From assembly GCA_052386675.1 (NCBI GenBank), contig JBQTJX010000004.1, positions 71,330-135,329 of the forward strand: a stretch of 64,000 bases of DNA, in the 5' to 3' direction. Shown here in pieces: positions 27,365-36,849 of the stretch. Every line of letters begins with the position of its first letter. Position 1 is the first letter of the stretch. The position numbers and the translations under genes were made by a program. The stretch comes from Betaproteobacteria bacterium (lineage in GTDB: Bacteria > Pseudomonadota > Gammaproteobacteria > Burkholderiales > SG8-39). Below the pieces are notes generated by a model. It was not told the DNA's origin, did no database searches, and saw only the letters and a list, made by a program, of their open reading frames with translations.

Positions 27365-28879
27365 ATGTCTGCGACCGGAGTTCACAGGAAGGCGCGCCTC
27401 CTTGCGACGCTCGCCCTTGCGCTGGCGGCCATCCCGGCGCCGGCGCTCGCCGACGACAAGGGCGGCCCCCGGCAGATGGCCCCGGACGCAGTCGTGGTGC
27501 CGCACAAGGCGGAGACCTTCGGCCCCGACCCGTCCTACGAGCAAAAGCCCTACAGCGTCGAGGACCAGTTGCGCATCTATGGCGGCAAGTCCGCGGTGCG
27601 CAACCCTCGCCCGCTGATCGAGTTGGGCCGGCCGATCTACGACAGCGGTCCGCTGAGCGCGCCGGGCACCGGCCTGGGCCGCAAGAACCCCACCGACCAC
27701 GCGTTCTCGATTTACGGCGACTGGCGCACCGCCATCGCCCGCAACAACAATGGTGCCGTCCGCCAGAGCGTGCTCGCCACCCGGCTCAACCTGGACGTGG
27801 ACTGGAAGATCACGGGCACCGAGCGCGTGCATGCCTTCTTCCGCCCGCTGGACCACGACGGCAGGTTCACCGGCTGCGTGCGCGAGAACGGCGGCGGCCA
27901 CTGCGAGAACCGGCTCGACGTGAAGGCCGAGGCGCTGTTCTTCGAGGGCGACCTGGGCGCGCTGATGTCCGGCTGGACCGACCGCTACCAGTCCTTCGAC
28001 CTGCCCTTCACGTTCGGCAAGATCCCGCTGCTGTTCCAGAACGGCGTCTGGCTGGAGGACGCCTTCGGCGGCTTTGCGTTCACCATCCCGGCGCGCAACA
28101 GCCCGTTGCTCGACATCTCGAACATGGACGTCACGTTCTTCGCCGGCGTCGACAACGTCGACACCCCCGGCATCGTCGACCGTGCCGGGCTCGCGACCAA
28201 GGCAAACCGCCTGTTCGGCGCCACCGCGTTCATCGAAGCCAACGAGGGCTACTGGGAACTCGGCCTGGCGCGCGTCAAGCCCAAGGACGACTTCGCCAAC
28301 CAGGGCTACAACAACGCGGCGATCGCGTTCACCCGGCGCTACGGCGGCTGGCTGTCGAATTCCGTGCGCCTGATCCACAACTTCGGCCAGCGCCCCGTTG
28401 CCGGCGTGCGCCGCAACGCGAACGGCTCGCTGCTGCTCATCGAGAATTCGCTGGTGACCCACAAGCCGCTGACGCTGGTGCCCTACCTGAACCTGTTCTA
28501 CGGCAACGACCGCCCGCAGTCCGTGGCGCGCGCCGTGGACGCCGGCGGCATCCTGAAGAACACCGGCATCAACTTCGAGACCGACGGCCTGACCGGATTC
28601 CCCAAGCTGAACGACACCGCCAACAACACCTACGGCGGCGCGCTCGGCATCCAGTACCTGTTCGACCTTAGCCAGCAGGTCGTGGCCGAGATCGCGATGG
28701 TGCGTCCGCACGGGGACGCCGCCAACCGCGGCGTCCCGGGCCGCGAACTCGCGCTCGGACTGCGCTACCAGCTCAACCTTGACCGGGCGTGGATCTTCCG
28801 CGCCGACGCCATCATCGCTGACCGCGACGGCGCGCGCGACCTGAGCGGCGTGAGGTTCGAACTGCGGCGCAAGTTCTAG
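27365..28879 (+). CDS. Putative outer-membrane beta-barrel (porin-like) protein
   Basis: Signal peptide ...LALAAIPAPALADD. 504 aa, rich in alternating aromatic/Gly segments. C-terminal ...GVRFELRRKF ends in Phe, as is typical of OMPs. Confidence 0.55.
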   Translation: MSATGVHRKARLLATLALALAAIPAPALADDKGGPRQMAPDAVVVPHKAETFGPDPSYEQKPYSVEDQLRIYGGKSAVRNPRPLIELGRPIYDSGPLSAPGTGLGRKNPTDHAFSIYGDWRTAIARNNNGAVRQSVLATRLNLDVDWKITGTERVHAFFRPLDHDGRFTGCVRENGGGHCENRLDVKAEALFFEGDLGALMSGWTDRYQSFDLPFTFGKIPLLFQNGVWLEDAFGGFAFTIPARNSPLLDISNMDVTFFAGVDNVDTPGIVDRAGLATKANRLFGATAFIEANEGYWELGLARVKPKDDFANQGYNNAAIAFTRRYGGWLSNSVRLIHNFGQRPVAGVRRNANGSLLLIENSLVTHKPLTLVPYLNLFYGNDRPQSVARAVDAGGILKNTGINFETDGLTGFPKLNDTANNTYGGALGIQYLFDLSQQVVAEIAMVRPHGDAANRGVPGRELALGLRYQLNLDRAWIFRADAIIADRDGARDLSGVRFELRRKF

Positions 28880-28888
28880 CCCGGCGCG

Positions 28889-30148
28889 ATGGCCATCCTG
28901 GTCCACTCCATCGCCCTGGCCGCCGCCGCGCTCGGCGCGGCGTACCTCGCCCTGCTCGCGTACGGCGCCTTCATGCGCCAGGCGCGGCTCGCGGAACTGC
29001 ACCAGGACGAGCGCGCGGTGTTCGTGGAGCGATTGCATCAGGTCAGCGCGCCAGTCTCCCGGCTCGCGAGCCAGCAGGGTCCGGCCTGGTCCGGGTTCCG
29101 GAAATTCCGCATCGACGGCAAGGTGCTCGAGGCCGACAGCATCTGCTCCTTCTATCTGGTGCCGCACGACGGCCGGCCGCTGCCGCCGTTCTATCCGGGC
29201 CAGTACCTCACCTTCCGGGTGCCGATTCCAGGCCAGACCCGCGAAGTCACGCGCTGCTACTCGCTGTCCGACAGTCCCGACCACACCGACTACTACCGCG
29301 TGACGATCAAGCGCATCCCGCCGCCGCCGTCGCAACCCGAGGCGCCGGGCGGACTGGTATCCGGGCACTTCCACGAGCGGCTGCGGGTCGGCGACTTCCT
29401 GGACGTGAAGGCGCCAAGCGGCCACTTCCACCTCGACGTCGAACACCGCGGTCCGGTGGTGCTGATCGGCGGCGGCATCGGCATCACTCCGGTCCTCAGC
29501 ATGCTCGGGCACCTCGCCGCGACCCAGGCCGGCCGCGAAGCATGGCTGTTCTACGGCGTGCGCAACAGCAGCGAGCATGTGATGCAGGATTTGCTCAAGG
29601 AGATCGCCGCCGCGCACCGCAACCTGCACGTGGTGGTGTGCTACTCCGATCCCTTGCCGGGGGACCGCCAGGGCGAGCACTACGACGTCGCCGAGCGGGT
29701 CGGCGTGGACCTGTTCAAGCGCATGCTGAAGGTGAACAACTTCGACTTCTACATCTGCGGTCCGCCGCCGATGATGCAGTCGATCACCGAAGGGCTGGCC
29801 GCATGGGGCGTGCCCGAGGCGCGCGTGCATTTCGAGGCTTTCGGGCCGGCATCGGTCAAGAAGGGCGCGCAGGCGGCGGCACCTTCCGTGGCGGCCGGCC
29901 TGCAGGTGACCTTCACGCGCTCCAATCGCACCCTGGTGTGGCCGGGGGCGGGCTCGCTGCTGGAGTTCGCGGAAGCCAACGGCATCCAGATTGACTCCGG
30001 CTGCCGTGCGGGGAACTGCGGCACCTGCGTCACCGCCATCCGCGAAGGCCAGGTGGACTACCTCAGCCCCCCTGGCGCCGAGATCGAGAAGGGTTCCTGC
30101 CTCGCCTGCATCGCGACGCCCAAGAGCGCGCTGAGCGTGGACGCCTAG
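28889..30148 (+). CDS. Membrane-anchored ferredoxin-NAD(P)+ reductase-like flavoprotein with C-terminal plant-type 2Fe-2S domain
   Basis: N-terminal TM helix. RCYSLS FAD motif, LIGGGIGITP NAD(P) motif, and CRAGNCGTCVT...C 2Fe-2S motif. Confidence 0.85.
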   Translation: MAILVHSIALAAAALGAAYLALLAYGAFMRQARLAELHQDERAVFVERLHQVSAPVSRLASQQGPAWSGFRKFRIDGKVLEADSICSFYLVPHDGRPLPPFYPGQYLTFRVPIPGQTREVTRCYSLSDSPDHTDYYRVTIKRIPPPPSQPEAPGGLVSGHFHERLRVGDFLDVKAPSGHFHLDVEHRGPVVLIGGGIGITPVLSMLGHLAATQAGREAWLFYGVRNSSEHVMQDLLKEIAAAHRNLHVVVCYSDPLPGDRQGEHYDVAERVGVDLFKRMLKVNNFDFYICGPPPMMQSITEGLAAWGVPEARVHFEAFGPASVKKGAQAAAPSVAAGLQVTFTRSNRTLVWPGAGSLLEFAEANGIQIDSGCRAGNCGTCVTAIREGQVDYLSPPGAEIEKGSCLACIATPKSALSVDA

Positions 30149-30155
30149 GCGCGAC

Positions 30156-31208
30156 ATGGCCAGACTGAGCAACGCGCAGGGACTGCTGTTCGTCGAGATC
30201 TTCCAGGAGGAGATCGCCGCGGACGGCCCCGCCGTGACGACCCTGAAGGACTGGTTCGGCCACCAGCAGGTCGGGCAGGCAAAGGCAATGATCAGCGACG
30301 CAGTCAGCGCGAACAGGGGCGTGGTCACCCATACCGTGGGAGACGCGACTCTCAGCAGCTTCCCGGATGCACGCCACGCGGTCGCCGCTGCGATCGCGAT
30401 CCGCAACAAGCTTTTCCGTACCCGAAAGGCCTCGTCGACCGCCATCGTGCGGATGCGCGCCGGAATCTCCTACGGCGCGGTCCGCGTGATCGCCGGCAAG
30501 GTCTCCGGTGACGCGGTCACCGCGGCCGGCCTGCTCATGGAGAAGGCCGGCCCGGATGAGGTGCTTGCCGACCAGGCGCTTGCCGATGCGGCGTCCGGCG
30601 CGGAAGCGATCACCTTCGAGTCGCGCGGCGCAATCGACGGCATCCAGGCGCTCTGCGTCGTCGGCGGGGATGCGGCGCCGAAGACCGCGCCCACGATTCC
30701 AGGGGCGCTGCCCGCGACCCCGGCCGCGCTGGCGCGCGCGCCCGCCCCGCCTCCGCCTGCTGCACCTGCTGCACCTGCTGCACCTGCTGCACCTGCTGCG
30801 CCTGCCGCTCCCGCGGCGGCCGTCGCGCCCGCCGCACCTGCCGCATCCGATGCCCCTGGCGCGAAAATGACCAAAGCGGTCGTGATCATCGTGGGTGGCG
30901 CGGAGCTTCGATTCGATCCCGCGGTCGGCACCGTGTCCATCGGCCGCGGCCCGGAGAACCACATCAACGTGCCCTTGCGCCATGTGTCGCGCAAGCACGC
31001 GAGGATATTCTGGCCGGGCGGCGGCATGCCGTTCATCGCCAACCTGAGCCCGAACGGCACCTGCATGCGCCCTGCGGGCTCGAACACAGAAACACGCTTC
31101 ACCGACCAGGTGCCCCTGCTCGCCAGCGGCGATCTCGCGCTTTGCGGTTCCTTCGGCCAGGTGTCGACGCCGGACGAGATCATCCGTTTCAGTCTTGTCG
31201 ATCCCTAG
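30156..31208 (+). CDS. Class III cyclase-homology domain (probably degenerate) - Pro/Ala repeat linker - FHA domain protein
   Basis: LLFVEIF / TVGDATLSSF / RAGISYGAV...GDAVTAAG resembles a CHD with substituted catalytic positions. The C-terminal SIGRGPENHINVPLRHVSRKHARIFW...NLSPNGT is FHA-like. Confidence 0.65.
   Translation: MARLSNAQGLLFVEIFQEEIAADGPAVTTLKDWFGHQQVGQAKAMISDAVSANRGVVTHTVGDATLSSFPDARHAVAAAIAIRNKLFRTRKASSTAIVRMRAGISYGAVRVIAGKVSGDAVTAAGLLMEKAGPDEVLADQALADAASGAEAITFESRGAIDGIQALCVVGGDAAPKTAPTIPGALPATPAALARAPAPPPPAAPAAPAAPAAPAAPAAPAAAVAPAAPAASDAPGAKMTKAVVIIVGGAELRFDPAVGTVSIGRGPENHINVPLRHVSRKHARIFWPGGGMPFIANLSPNGTCMRPAGSNTETRFTDQVPLLASGDLALCGSFGQVSTPDEIIRFSLVDP
30756..30809 (+). repeat. 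9-bp in-frame tandem repeat (CCTGCTGCA)x4 perfect + 2 degenerate, encoding (PAA)n
   Basis: Units at 30756, 30765, 30774 and 30783 are identical. Units at 30792 and 30801 diverge by 1 and 3 nt. Confidence 0.9.
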
Positions 31209-31848
31209 CGGCAGCGGACAGCCAGCGGGGCTCGATGCGCGCGGGCTCGCCTGCGAGCGCGGCGAGCGGCGCCTGTTTTCGGATCTCTCGCTTGCGCTCG
31301 AGCCGGGTGGCCTGGCGCGCCTGCTTGGACCCAACGGCAGCGGCAAGACGAGCCTGCTGCGCATCCTCGCCGGCCTGACCCGCCCTGCCGAGGGCGAAGT
31401 GCGCTGGCGCGGCGAGCGCATCGGCGAACTCTCGGAGGCGTACGGCCATGAGCTTGCCTATGTCGGCCACTCGCCTGCGCTCAAGGACGAACTGACCGTG
31501 GCCGAGAACCTCGCATTCGCGGCGCACCTGGCGGGCCTGGCGACCAGCGGCGCGCAGCTCGAGGCCGCGCTCGAGCGCTTCGGCATGGCTTCGCGTGCCG
31601 CACTTCCCGCGCGCGTGCTCTCGCAGGGGCAGAAGCGCCGCGCCGCGCTGGCGCGCCTGGCGCTGGCCGGCGCGCCGGTACTGTGGCTGCTGGATGAGCC
31701 ATTCGTGGCGCTGGACAAGGAAGGCATCGCCTGCGTACGCGAACTGGCCGAGGCGCACCTCGCGCGTGGCGGCATGCTGGTGCTGACCTCGCACCAGGAG
31801 GTGCCCATAGCCGCGCGCGCAACGCAGACGGTGGTCCTGGGCGCATGA
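31195..31848 (+). CDS. ccmA: Haem exporter ATP-binding protein CcmA
   Basis: LDARGLACERGERRLF...GPNGSGKTSLLRILAGL aligns with E. coli CcmA. TTG start; no ATG or GTG is available. Confidence 0.9.
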   Translation: MSIPSGSGQPAGLDARGLACERGERRLFSDLSLALEPGGLARLLGPNGSGKTSLLRILAGLTRPAEGEVRWRGERIGELSEAYGHELAYVGHSPALKDELTVAENLAFAAHLAGLATSGAQLEAALERFGMASRAALPARVLSQGQKRRAALARLALAGAPVLWLLDEPFVALDKEGIACVRELAEAHLARGGMLVLTSHQEVPIAARATQTVVLGA

Positions 31849-31855
31849 GCCGCGC

Positions 31856-32524
31856 ATGAGCGCTGCCTTCGCCGCCGTCCTGCGCCGCGACCTGCTGGTC
31901 GCGCTGCGCCGCAGGGGCGATGCGCTCAACGTCCTCATCTTCTTCGTCATCGTCGCGAGCCTGTTTCCCCTGGGCACCGGCGCCGAACCCGGCCAGCTGC
32001 GCGCCATGGCCGCGGGCGTGATCTGGGTGGGGGCGCTGCTCGCGGCGCTGCTGTCGCTGCCGCGCCTGTTCGCGGCCGATCTCGCCGACGGCACCCTGGA
32101 GCAGATGCTGGTCTCCGCGCAGCCGCTGCCGGCGGTGGTGATGGGGAAAGTCGCCGCCCACTGGCTGACCACGGGGCTGCCGCTGGCGCTCATCGCCCCG
32201 GTACTCGGGCTGCAGTACGGGTTGCCCGGCGACGCCCAGCTGGTGCTCCTCGTGGCGGTCCTGCTCGGCACGCCGGTGCTGAGCCTCATCGGCGCGGCGG
32301 GCGCCGCCCTGACGCTGGGGGTGCGCGGCGCCGGCGTGCTCACCGGCCTGCTGGTGCTGCCGTTGTTCGTCCCGGCCCTCGTGTTCGGCGCCGGCGCGGT
32401 CACCGCCTCGCTGTCGGGCCTCGCGCCGGGTGCGCATCTTTCGCTGCTTGGCGCGCTACTTGCGGTATCCTTTTTATTCGGCCTCTGGGCAGCCTGCGCG
32501 GCGCTACGCGTCGCCCTCGATTGA
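31856..32524 (+). CDS. ccmB: Haem exporter permease CcmB
   Basis: 222-aa six-TM protein in the canonical ccm position. Confidence 0.9.
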   Translation: MSAAFAAVLRRDLLVALRRRGDALNVLIFFVIVASLFPLGTGAEPGQLRAMAAGVIWVGALLAALLSLPRLFAADLADGTLEQMLVSAQPLPAVVMGKVAAHWLTTGLPLALIAPVLGLQYGLPGDAQLVLLVAVLLGTPVLSLIGAAGAALTLGVRGAGVLTGLLVLPLFVPALVFGAGAVTASLSGLAPGAHLSLLGALLAVSFLFGLWAACAALRVALD

Positions 32525-32538
32525 GTTTCTCTTCCGCG

Positions 32539-33279
32539 ATGTTCTCTAAGCTGTATTCCCTCGCCTCTCCGCAGGCCTTCTATCCCGTTGCCGGGAGGCT
32601 GATCCCGTGGTTCGGCTGGGCCGCAGCGCTGCTCGCGGCCGCGGGACTCTGGATCGCGTTCTTCGTCGCCCCGACCGACGCCACGCAAGGCGAGTCGTAC
32701 CGCATCATCTTCATCCACGTCCCGGCGGCCTGGATGTCCATGTTCATCTACCTGGTCATGGCGGGCTGGGCGGGGCTGGGGCTGGTGCTCAATACGCGCC
32801 TGTCCGGCATGATGGCCTCGGCGCTCGCGCCGACCGGCGCGATGTTCACCTTCGTCGCCCTGTGGACCGGCGCCCTGTGGGGCCGGCCGACCTGGGGCAC
32901 CTACTGGGTGTGGGATGCACGCCTGACCTCGGAACTTATCCTGCTGTTCCTGTATCTAGGATTCATGGCCCTGAAAGAAGCGATCGACGACCCGCAGCGC
33001 GCCGACCGCGCCGGGGCGATCCTGGCGCTGGTGGGCGTGGTGAACATCCCCATCATCTACTTTTCCGTCCAGTGGTGGAACACGCTGCACCAGGGCGCCT
33101 CGGTGAGCCTGACGCGCGCCCCGTCCATGGCCGCGACCATGCTGGCCGGGATGCTGGTGATGGTGTTCGCGGCCTGGATGTATGCGATCGCCGCGTCACT
33201 GGCGCGGGCGCGGGCGATCATCCTGGAGCGCGAGCGGGGACGCGACATGGCGTGGGTGCAACGGATGGCCAAGGCATGA
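32539..33279 (+). CDS. ccmC: Haem exporter / haem lyase component CcmC
   Basis: [15 protein letters not shown]...[15 protein letters not shown]...[14 protein letters not shown] (WWD motif) aligns with E. coli CcmC from ATG 32539. Confidence 0.9.
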   Translation: MFSKLYSLASPQAFYPVAGRLIPWFGWAAALLAAAGLWIAFFVAPTDATQGESYRIIFIHVPAAWMSMFIYLVMAGWAGLGLVLNTRLSGMMASALAPTGAMFTFVALWTGALWGRPTWGTYWVWDARLTSELILLFLYLGFMALKEAIDDPQRADRAGAILALVGVVNIPIIYFSVQWWNTLHQGASVSLTRAPSMAATMLAGMLVMVFAAWMYAIAASLARARAIILERERGRDMAWVQRMAKA

Positions 33280-33419
33280 ACTGGGGCAGCGCGGCGGAAT
33301 TCCTCTCCATGGGCGGCTACGGCGCCTTCGTGTGGGGCTCCTATGGCGTGACGGCGCTGTGCGTGTGCCTGGAGGTCTGGCTGCTGGCGCGGCGCAACCG
33401 CAGGGCCGGGGCCGCATGA
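33276..33419 (+). CDS. ccmD: Haem exporter small subunit CcmD
   Basis: 47-aa single-TM peptide, ATGA-coupled on both sides, in the canonical position. Confidence 0.7.
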   Translation: MNWGSAAEFLSMGGYGAFVWGSYGVTALCVCLEVWLLARRNRRAGAA

Positions 33420-33910
33420 AGCCCGGCATGAAGCCCCGTCACCGCCGCCTCGTCGCCGTCGCCTGCGGCCTGGCGCTCCTCGCCGTCGCCGCGGCGCTGG
33501 TGCTGAACGCGTTCCAGTCCAACCTGGTGTTCTTCTTCAGCCCGACCCAGGTGGCGGCGAAGGAAGCGCCGCTGGACAAGACCTTCCGCCTCGGCGGCAT
33601 GGTGCTGGACGGCAGCCTCAAGCGCCGTGCCGACGGCCTCACCGTTGACTTCGTGGTCACCGACACCGCGAAGGACATCCCGGTGACCTACACCGGCATC
33701 CTTCCGGACCTGTTCAAGGAAGGCAAGGGCGTGGTGACGCAGGGGCGCCTCGGGCCCGACGGCGTGTTCCGCGCCTCCGAGGTGCTGGCCAAGCATGACG
33801 AGAACTACATGCCGCCCGAGGCGGCCGAGGCGTTGAAGAAGGCACACGACCAAGGTGCCGCCAAGGTCCGCGCCGAGCGCGCGTCGAAATCGCTGGTGAC
33901 CGGAAAGTGA
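33416..33910 (+). CDS. ccmE: Haem chaperone CcmE
   Basis: N-terminal anchor, ...FRLGGMV... OB fold, and [12 protein letters not shown] haem-binding His motif. Confidence 0.9.
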   Translation: MKPGMKPRHRRLVAVACGLALLAVAAALVLNAFQSNLVFFFSPTQVAAKEAPLDKTFRLGGMVLDGSLKRRADGLTVDFVVTDTAKDIPVTYTGILPDLFKEGKGVVTQGRLGPDGVFRASEVLAKHDENYMPPEAAEALKKAHDQGAAKVRAERASKSLVTGK

Positions 33911-33917
33911 TCGACGC

Positions 33918-35888
33918 ATGATCCCCGAGCTCGGCCATTTCTCGCTGATCGTCGCGCTCGCCATCGCGCTGGTGCAGGGCACCCTGCCCCTGGTCGGCGC
34001 CGCCCGCGGCGTGCCCGCCTTCATGGCCCTCGCCCGGCCCGCGGCGCAGGGCCAGTTCGTGTTCGTGGCCTTCGCCTTCGCCGCGCTGGGCTGGTCGTTC
34101 TACACCAATGATTTTTCAGTGGTGAACGTCGCCACCAACTCCAATTCCGCGCTGCCGGTCGCCTATCGCATCGCCGCGACCTGGGGCAGCCATGAGGGCT
34201 CCCTCCTCCTGTGGGTGTTCATGCTGTCGTTCTGGATGCTCGCGGTGTCGGTGTTCAGCCGCACCCTTCCCGAGGCGATGCTGGCGCGCATCCTGGGCGT
34301 CATGGGCCTGATCAGCATCGGTTTCCTCACATTCATGCTGTTCACCTCCAACCCCTTCGAGCGCCTGCTGCCGGCGGCGGCCGACGGCCGCGACCTGAAT
34401 CCGCTGCTGCAGGATCCGGGCATGGTGTTCCACCCGCCGATGCTCTACATGGGCTACGTCGGCTTTTCCGTGGCCTTCGCCTTCGCCATCGCCGCGCTGC
34501 TGGACGGCAAGCTGGATGCCACTTGGGCGCGCTGGTCGCGGCCCTGGACCACCGCGGCGTGGGTGTTCCTGACCCTGGGCATCGCCCTGGGCAGCTTCTG
34601 GGCGTACTACGAACTGGGCTGGGGCGGCTGGTGGTTCTGGGACCCGGTGGAGAACGCCTCGTTCATGCCCTGGCTGGTGGGCACCGCGCTCATCCACTCG
34701 CTGGCGGTGACCGAGAAGCGCGGCCTGTTCAAGGGCTGGACGGTGCTGCTCGCCATCCTCGCGTTCTCGCTTTCCCTGCTGGGAACGTTCCTCGTGCGCT
34801 CCGGCGTGCTGACCTCGGTGCACGCCTTCGCCACGGACCCCAAGCGCGGCGTGTTCATCCTGGCGTTCCTCGTGATCGTCGTGGGCGGGTCGCTAGCCCT
34901 CTACGCCTGGCGGGCGCAGCGCATGACGGCCGGCGGCAGCTTCGAGCCGGTGTCGCGCGAGACCTTCCTGCTCGCCAACAGCGTGCTGCTGCTGGTGGCG
35001 ACCGCCGCGGTGATGCTGGGCACGCTGTACCCGTTGTTCCTCGACGCGCTCAACATGGGCAAGATCTCCGTCGGCCCGCCGTATTTCGAGGCGGTGTTCG
35101 CGCCGCTGATGGCGCCGGCGCTGCTGCTGGCCGGCATCGGACCGCTCATCAGCTGGCGCAAGGGCGACGCGGCGGGGCTGGCGGGAAAAATGCGCTGGGT
35201 CGCGGCCGCGGTGCTCTTGTTCGCGATCGCCGCGCCGTTCCTGTTCGGGCGCTGGAGCGTGCTCACCGCCGCCGGCCTGGCGCTGGCCTTCTGGTTGCTC
35301 GGCTCGGTCGCAGTCACGCTGGCGCAGCGCCTGCGCGCCCAGCGGTTCTCCACCCTTCCCGCGGCCTTCCTTGGCATGTGCCTGGCCCACGCCGGCGTCG
35401 GCGTGTTCGTGATCGGCGTCACGCTGGTGAAGAGCTACGAATCCGAGCGCGACGTGCGCCTGGAACCCGGCCAGAGCGTCTCGCTGGGCGGGTACGACTT
35501 CCGCCTGGACCACGTGCGCGAGCGCGCCGGCCCCAACTTCGACGCCTCGCGGGCGCAGATCACCGTGTTGCGCGGCGGCGAGGTGTTTCGCGTGCTGCAC
35601 CCGGAGAAGCGCGTCTACCGCGTCCAGACCATGCCCATGAGCGAGGCCGCGATCCACTATGGCGTCACGCGCCACCTGTACGTTTCGCTGGGCGAGCCCG
35701 TGGGGAAAGCGGGCGACGCCGTGGCCTGGTCCGTGCGCGTGCACGTCAAGCCCTTCGTCGGCTGGATCTGGCTGGGCTGCGTCATCATGGCGCTGGGCGG
35801 GACACTTGCCGCCAGCGACCGGCGCTATCGCGTCGGCTCGCGCGCGCGCGCCGCGGTTGCAACTCCGGCGCAGGAGGCGCGCGCGTGA
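33918..35888 (+). CDS. ccmF: Cytochrome c haem lyase subunit CcmF
   Basis: 656 aa, GWGGWWFWDPVENAS WWD motif. Confidence 0.95.
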   Translation: MIPELGHFSLIVALAIALVQGTLPLVGAARGVPAFMALARPAAQGQFVFVAFAFAALGWSFYTNDFSVVNVATNSNSALPVAYRIAATWGSHEGSLLLWVFMLSFWMLAVSVFSRTLPEAMLARILGVMGLISIGFLTFMLFTSNPFERLLPAAADGRDLNPLLQDPGMVFHPPMLYMGYVGFSVAFAFAIAALLDGKLDATWARWSRPWTTAAWVFLTLGIALGSFWAYYELGWGGWWFWDPVENASFMPWLVGTALIHSLAVTEKRGLFKGWTVLLAILAFSLSLLGTFLVRSGVLTSVHAFATDPKRGVFILAFLVIVVGGSLALYAWRAQRMTAGGSFEPVSRETFLLANSVLLLVATAAVMLGTLYPLFLDALNMGKISVGPPYFEAVFAPLMAPALLLAGIGPLISWRKGDAAGLAGKMRWVAAAVLLFAIAAPFLFGRWSVLTAAGLALAFWLLGSVAVTLAQRLRAQRFSTLPAAFLGMCLAHAGVGVFVIGVTLVKSYESERDVRLEPGQSVSLGGYDFRLDHVRERAGPNFDASRAQITVLRGGEVFRVLHPEKRVYRVQTMPMSEAAIHYGVTRHLYVSLGEPVGKAGDAVAWSVRVHVKPFVGWIWLGCVIMALGGTLAASDRRYRVGSRARAAVATPAQEARA

Positions 35889-36406
35889 AGAAGGCGCTCA
35901 TTCCGCTGGCGCTGTTCCTGGTCATCGCCGGATTCCTGTTTGCCGGCCTGGACCTGAATCCGCGCGAAGTCCCCTCGCCGCTGGTGGGCAAGGCGGCGCC
36001 CGGCTTCGAGCTGCCGGTGCTGCACCAGCCGGACAAGCGTTTCCGGCCAGCGGACATGAAAGGCAAGGCCTGGATGCTGAATGTCTGGGCTTCCTGGTGC
36101 GTGACCTGCCGGGAAGAGCACCCGCTGCTGGTCGCGCTCGCGAAGCAGGACGTGATCCCGATCCTGGGCCTCAATTACAAGGACCAGCCTGAGGACGCGA
36201 AGCGCTGGCTGAAGCAGTTCGGCGACCCATACGCGTTCTCCGTGATGGATGCCGAGGGCCGCGTCGGCATTGATTACGGCGTCTACGGCGTGCCGGAGAC
36301 CTACATCATCGACGGCGCGGGCGTGATCCGCTTCAAGCACATCGGCGCGCTGACGCCGGAAATCGTCTCCGGCAAGGTCATGCCGCTGCTGAAGGCGATG
36401 CCGTGA
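35885..36406 (+). CDS. ccmG: Thiol:disulfide interchange protein CcmG/DsbE
   Basis: GTGA overlap with ccmF. WASWCVTCREEHP CxxC motif. GVYGVPETYIIDG. Confidence 0.9.
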   Translation: MKKALIPLALFLVIAGFLFAGLDLNPREVPSPLVGKAAPGFELPVLHQPDKRFRPADMKGKAWMLNVWASWCVTCREEHPLLVALAKQDVIPILGLNYKDQPEDAKRWLKQFGDPYAFSVMDAEGRVGIDYGVYGVPETYIIDGAGVIRFKHIGALTPEIVSGKVMPLLKAMP

Positions 36407-36849
36407 TCGGGCGCGCCCTGGCCGCTCTTGCCCTCGCGCTGTGCCTGTCGGCGCTGGCCCAGGAAACGCCCGAGGAGGCCCGGCTGCGCGTCCTGTCGGA
36501 GAAGCTGCGTTGCCTGGTGTGCCAGAACCAGACCCTGGCGGATTCCAGCGCCGAGCTGGCCGGGGACCTGCGTCGCGAGCTGCGCGAGCAGGTGAAGGCC
36601 GGCCGCAGCGACGGCGAAATCCTGGATTTCATGGTCGCGCGCTATGGCGACTTCGTGCTCTACGAGCCGCGGTTCAAATCAAGCACGGTGCTGCTCTGGG
36701 TGGGCCCGTTCGCATTGCTCGCGCTCGCGCTCGTCACCGTGGCCGTGATGGCGCGACGCCGCCGCAGCGCCGTCGCGGAGTCGGACCTGGGCGCCGAGGA
36801 GCGCCGCCTGGTCGCGCAGGCGCTGGGCAGGGAAGAGGACCGCCAGTGA
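36403..36849 (+). CDS. ccmH: Cytochrome c biogenesis protein CcmH
   Basis: Signal peptide, LRCLVCQNQTLADS motif, C-terminal TM. Confidence 0.9.
   Translation: MIGRALAALALALCLSALAQETPEEARLRVLSEKLRCLVCQNQTLADSSAELAGDLRRELREQVKAGRSDGEILDFMVARYGDFVLYEPRFKSSTVLLWVGPFALLALALVTVAVMARRRRSAVAESDLGAEERRLVAQALGREEDRQ

Noticed and set aside
30756-30809. Tandem repeats, considered as a possible CRISPR-like or other non-coding array.
   Set aside because: The units are 9 bp with no spacers, they lie in frame within a CDS, and they encode a Pro-Ala-Ala linker.
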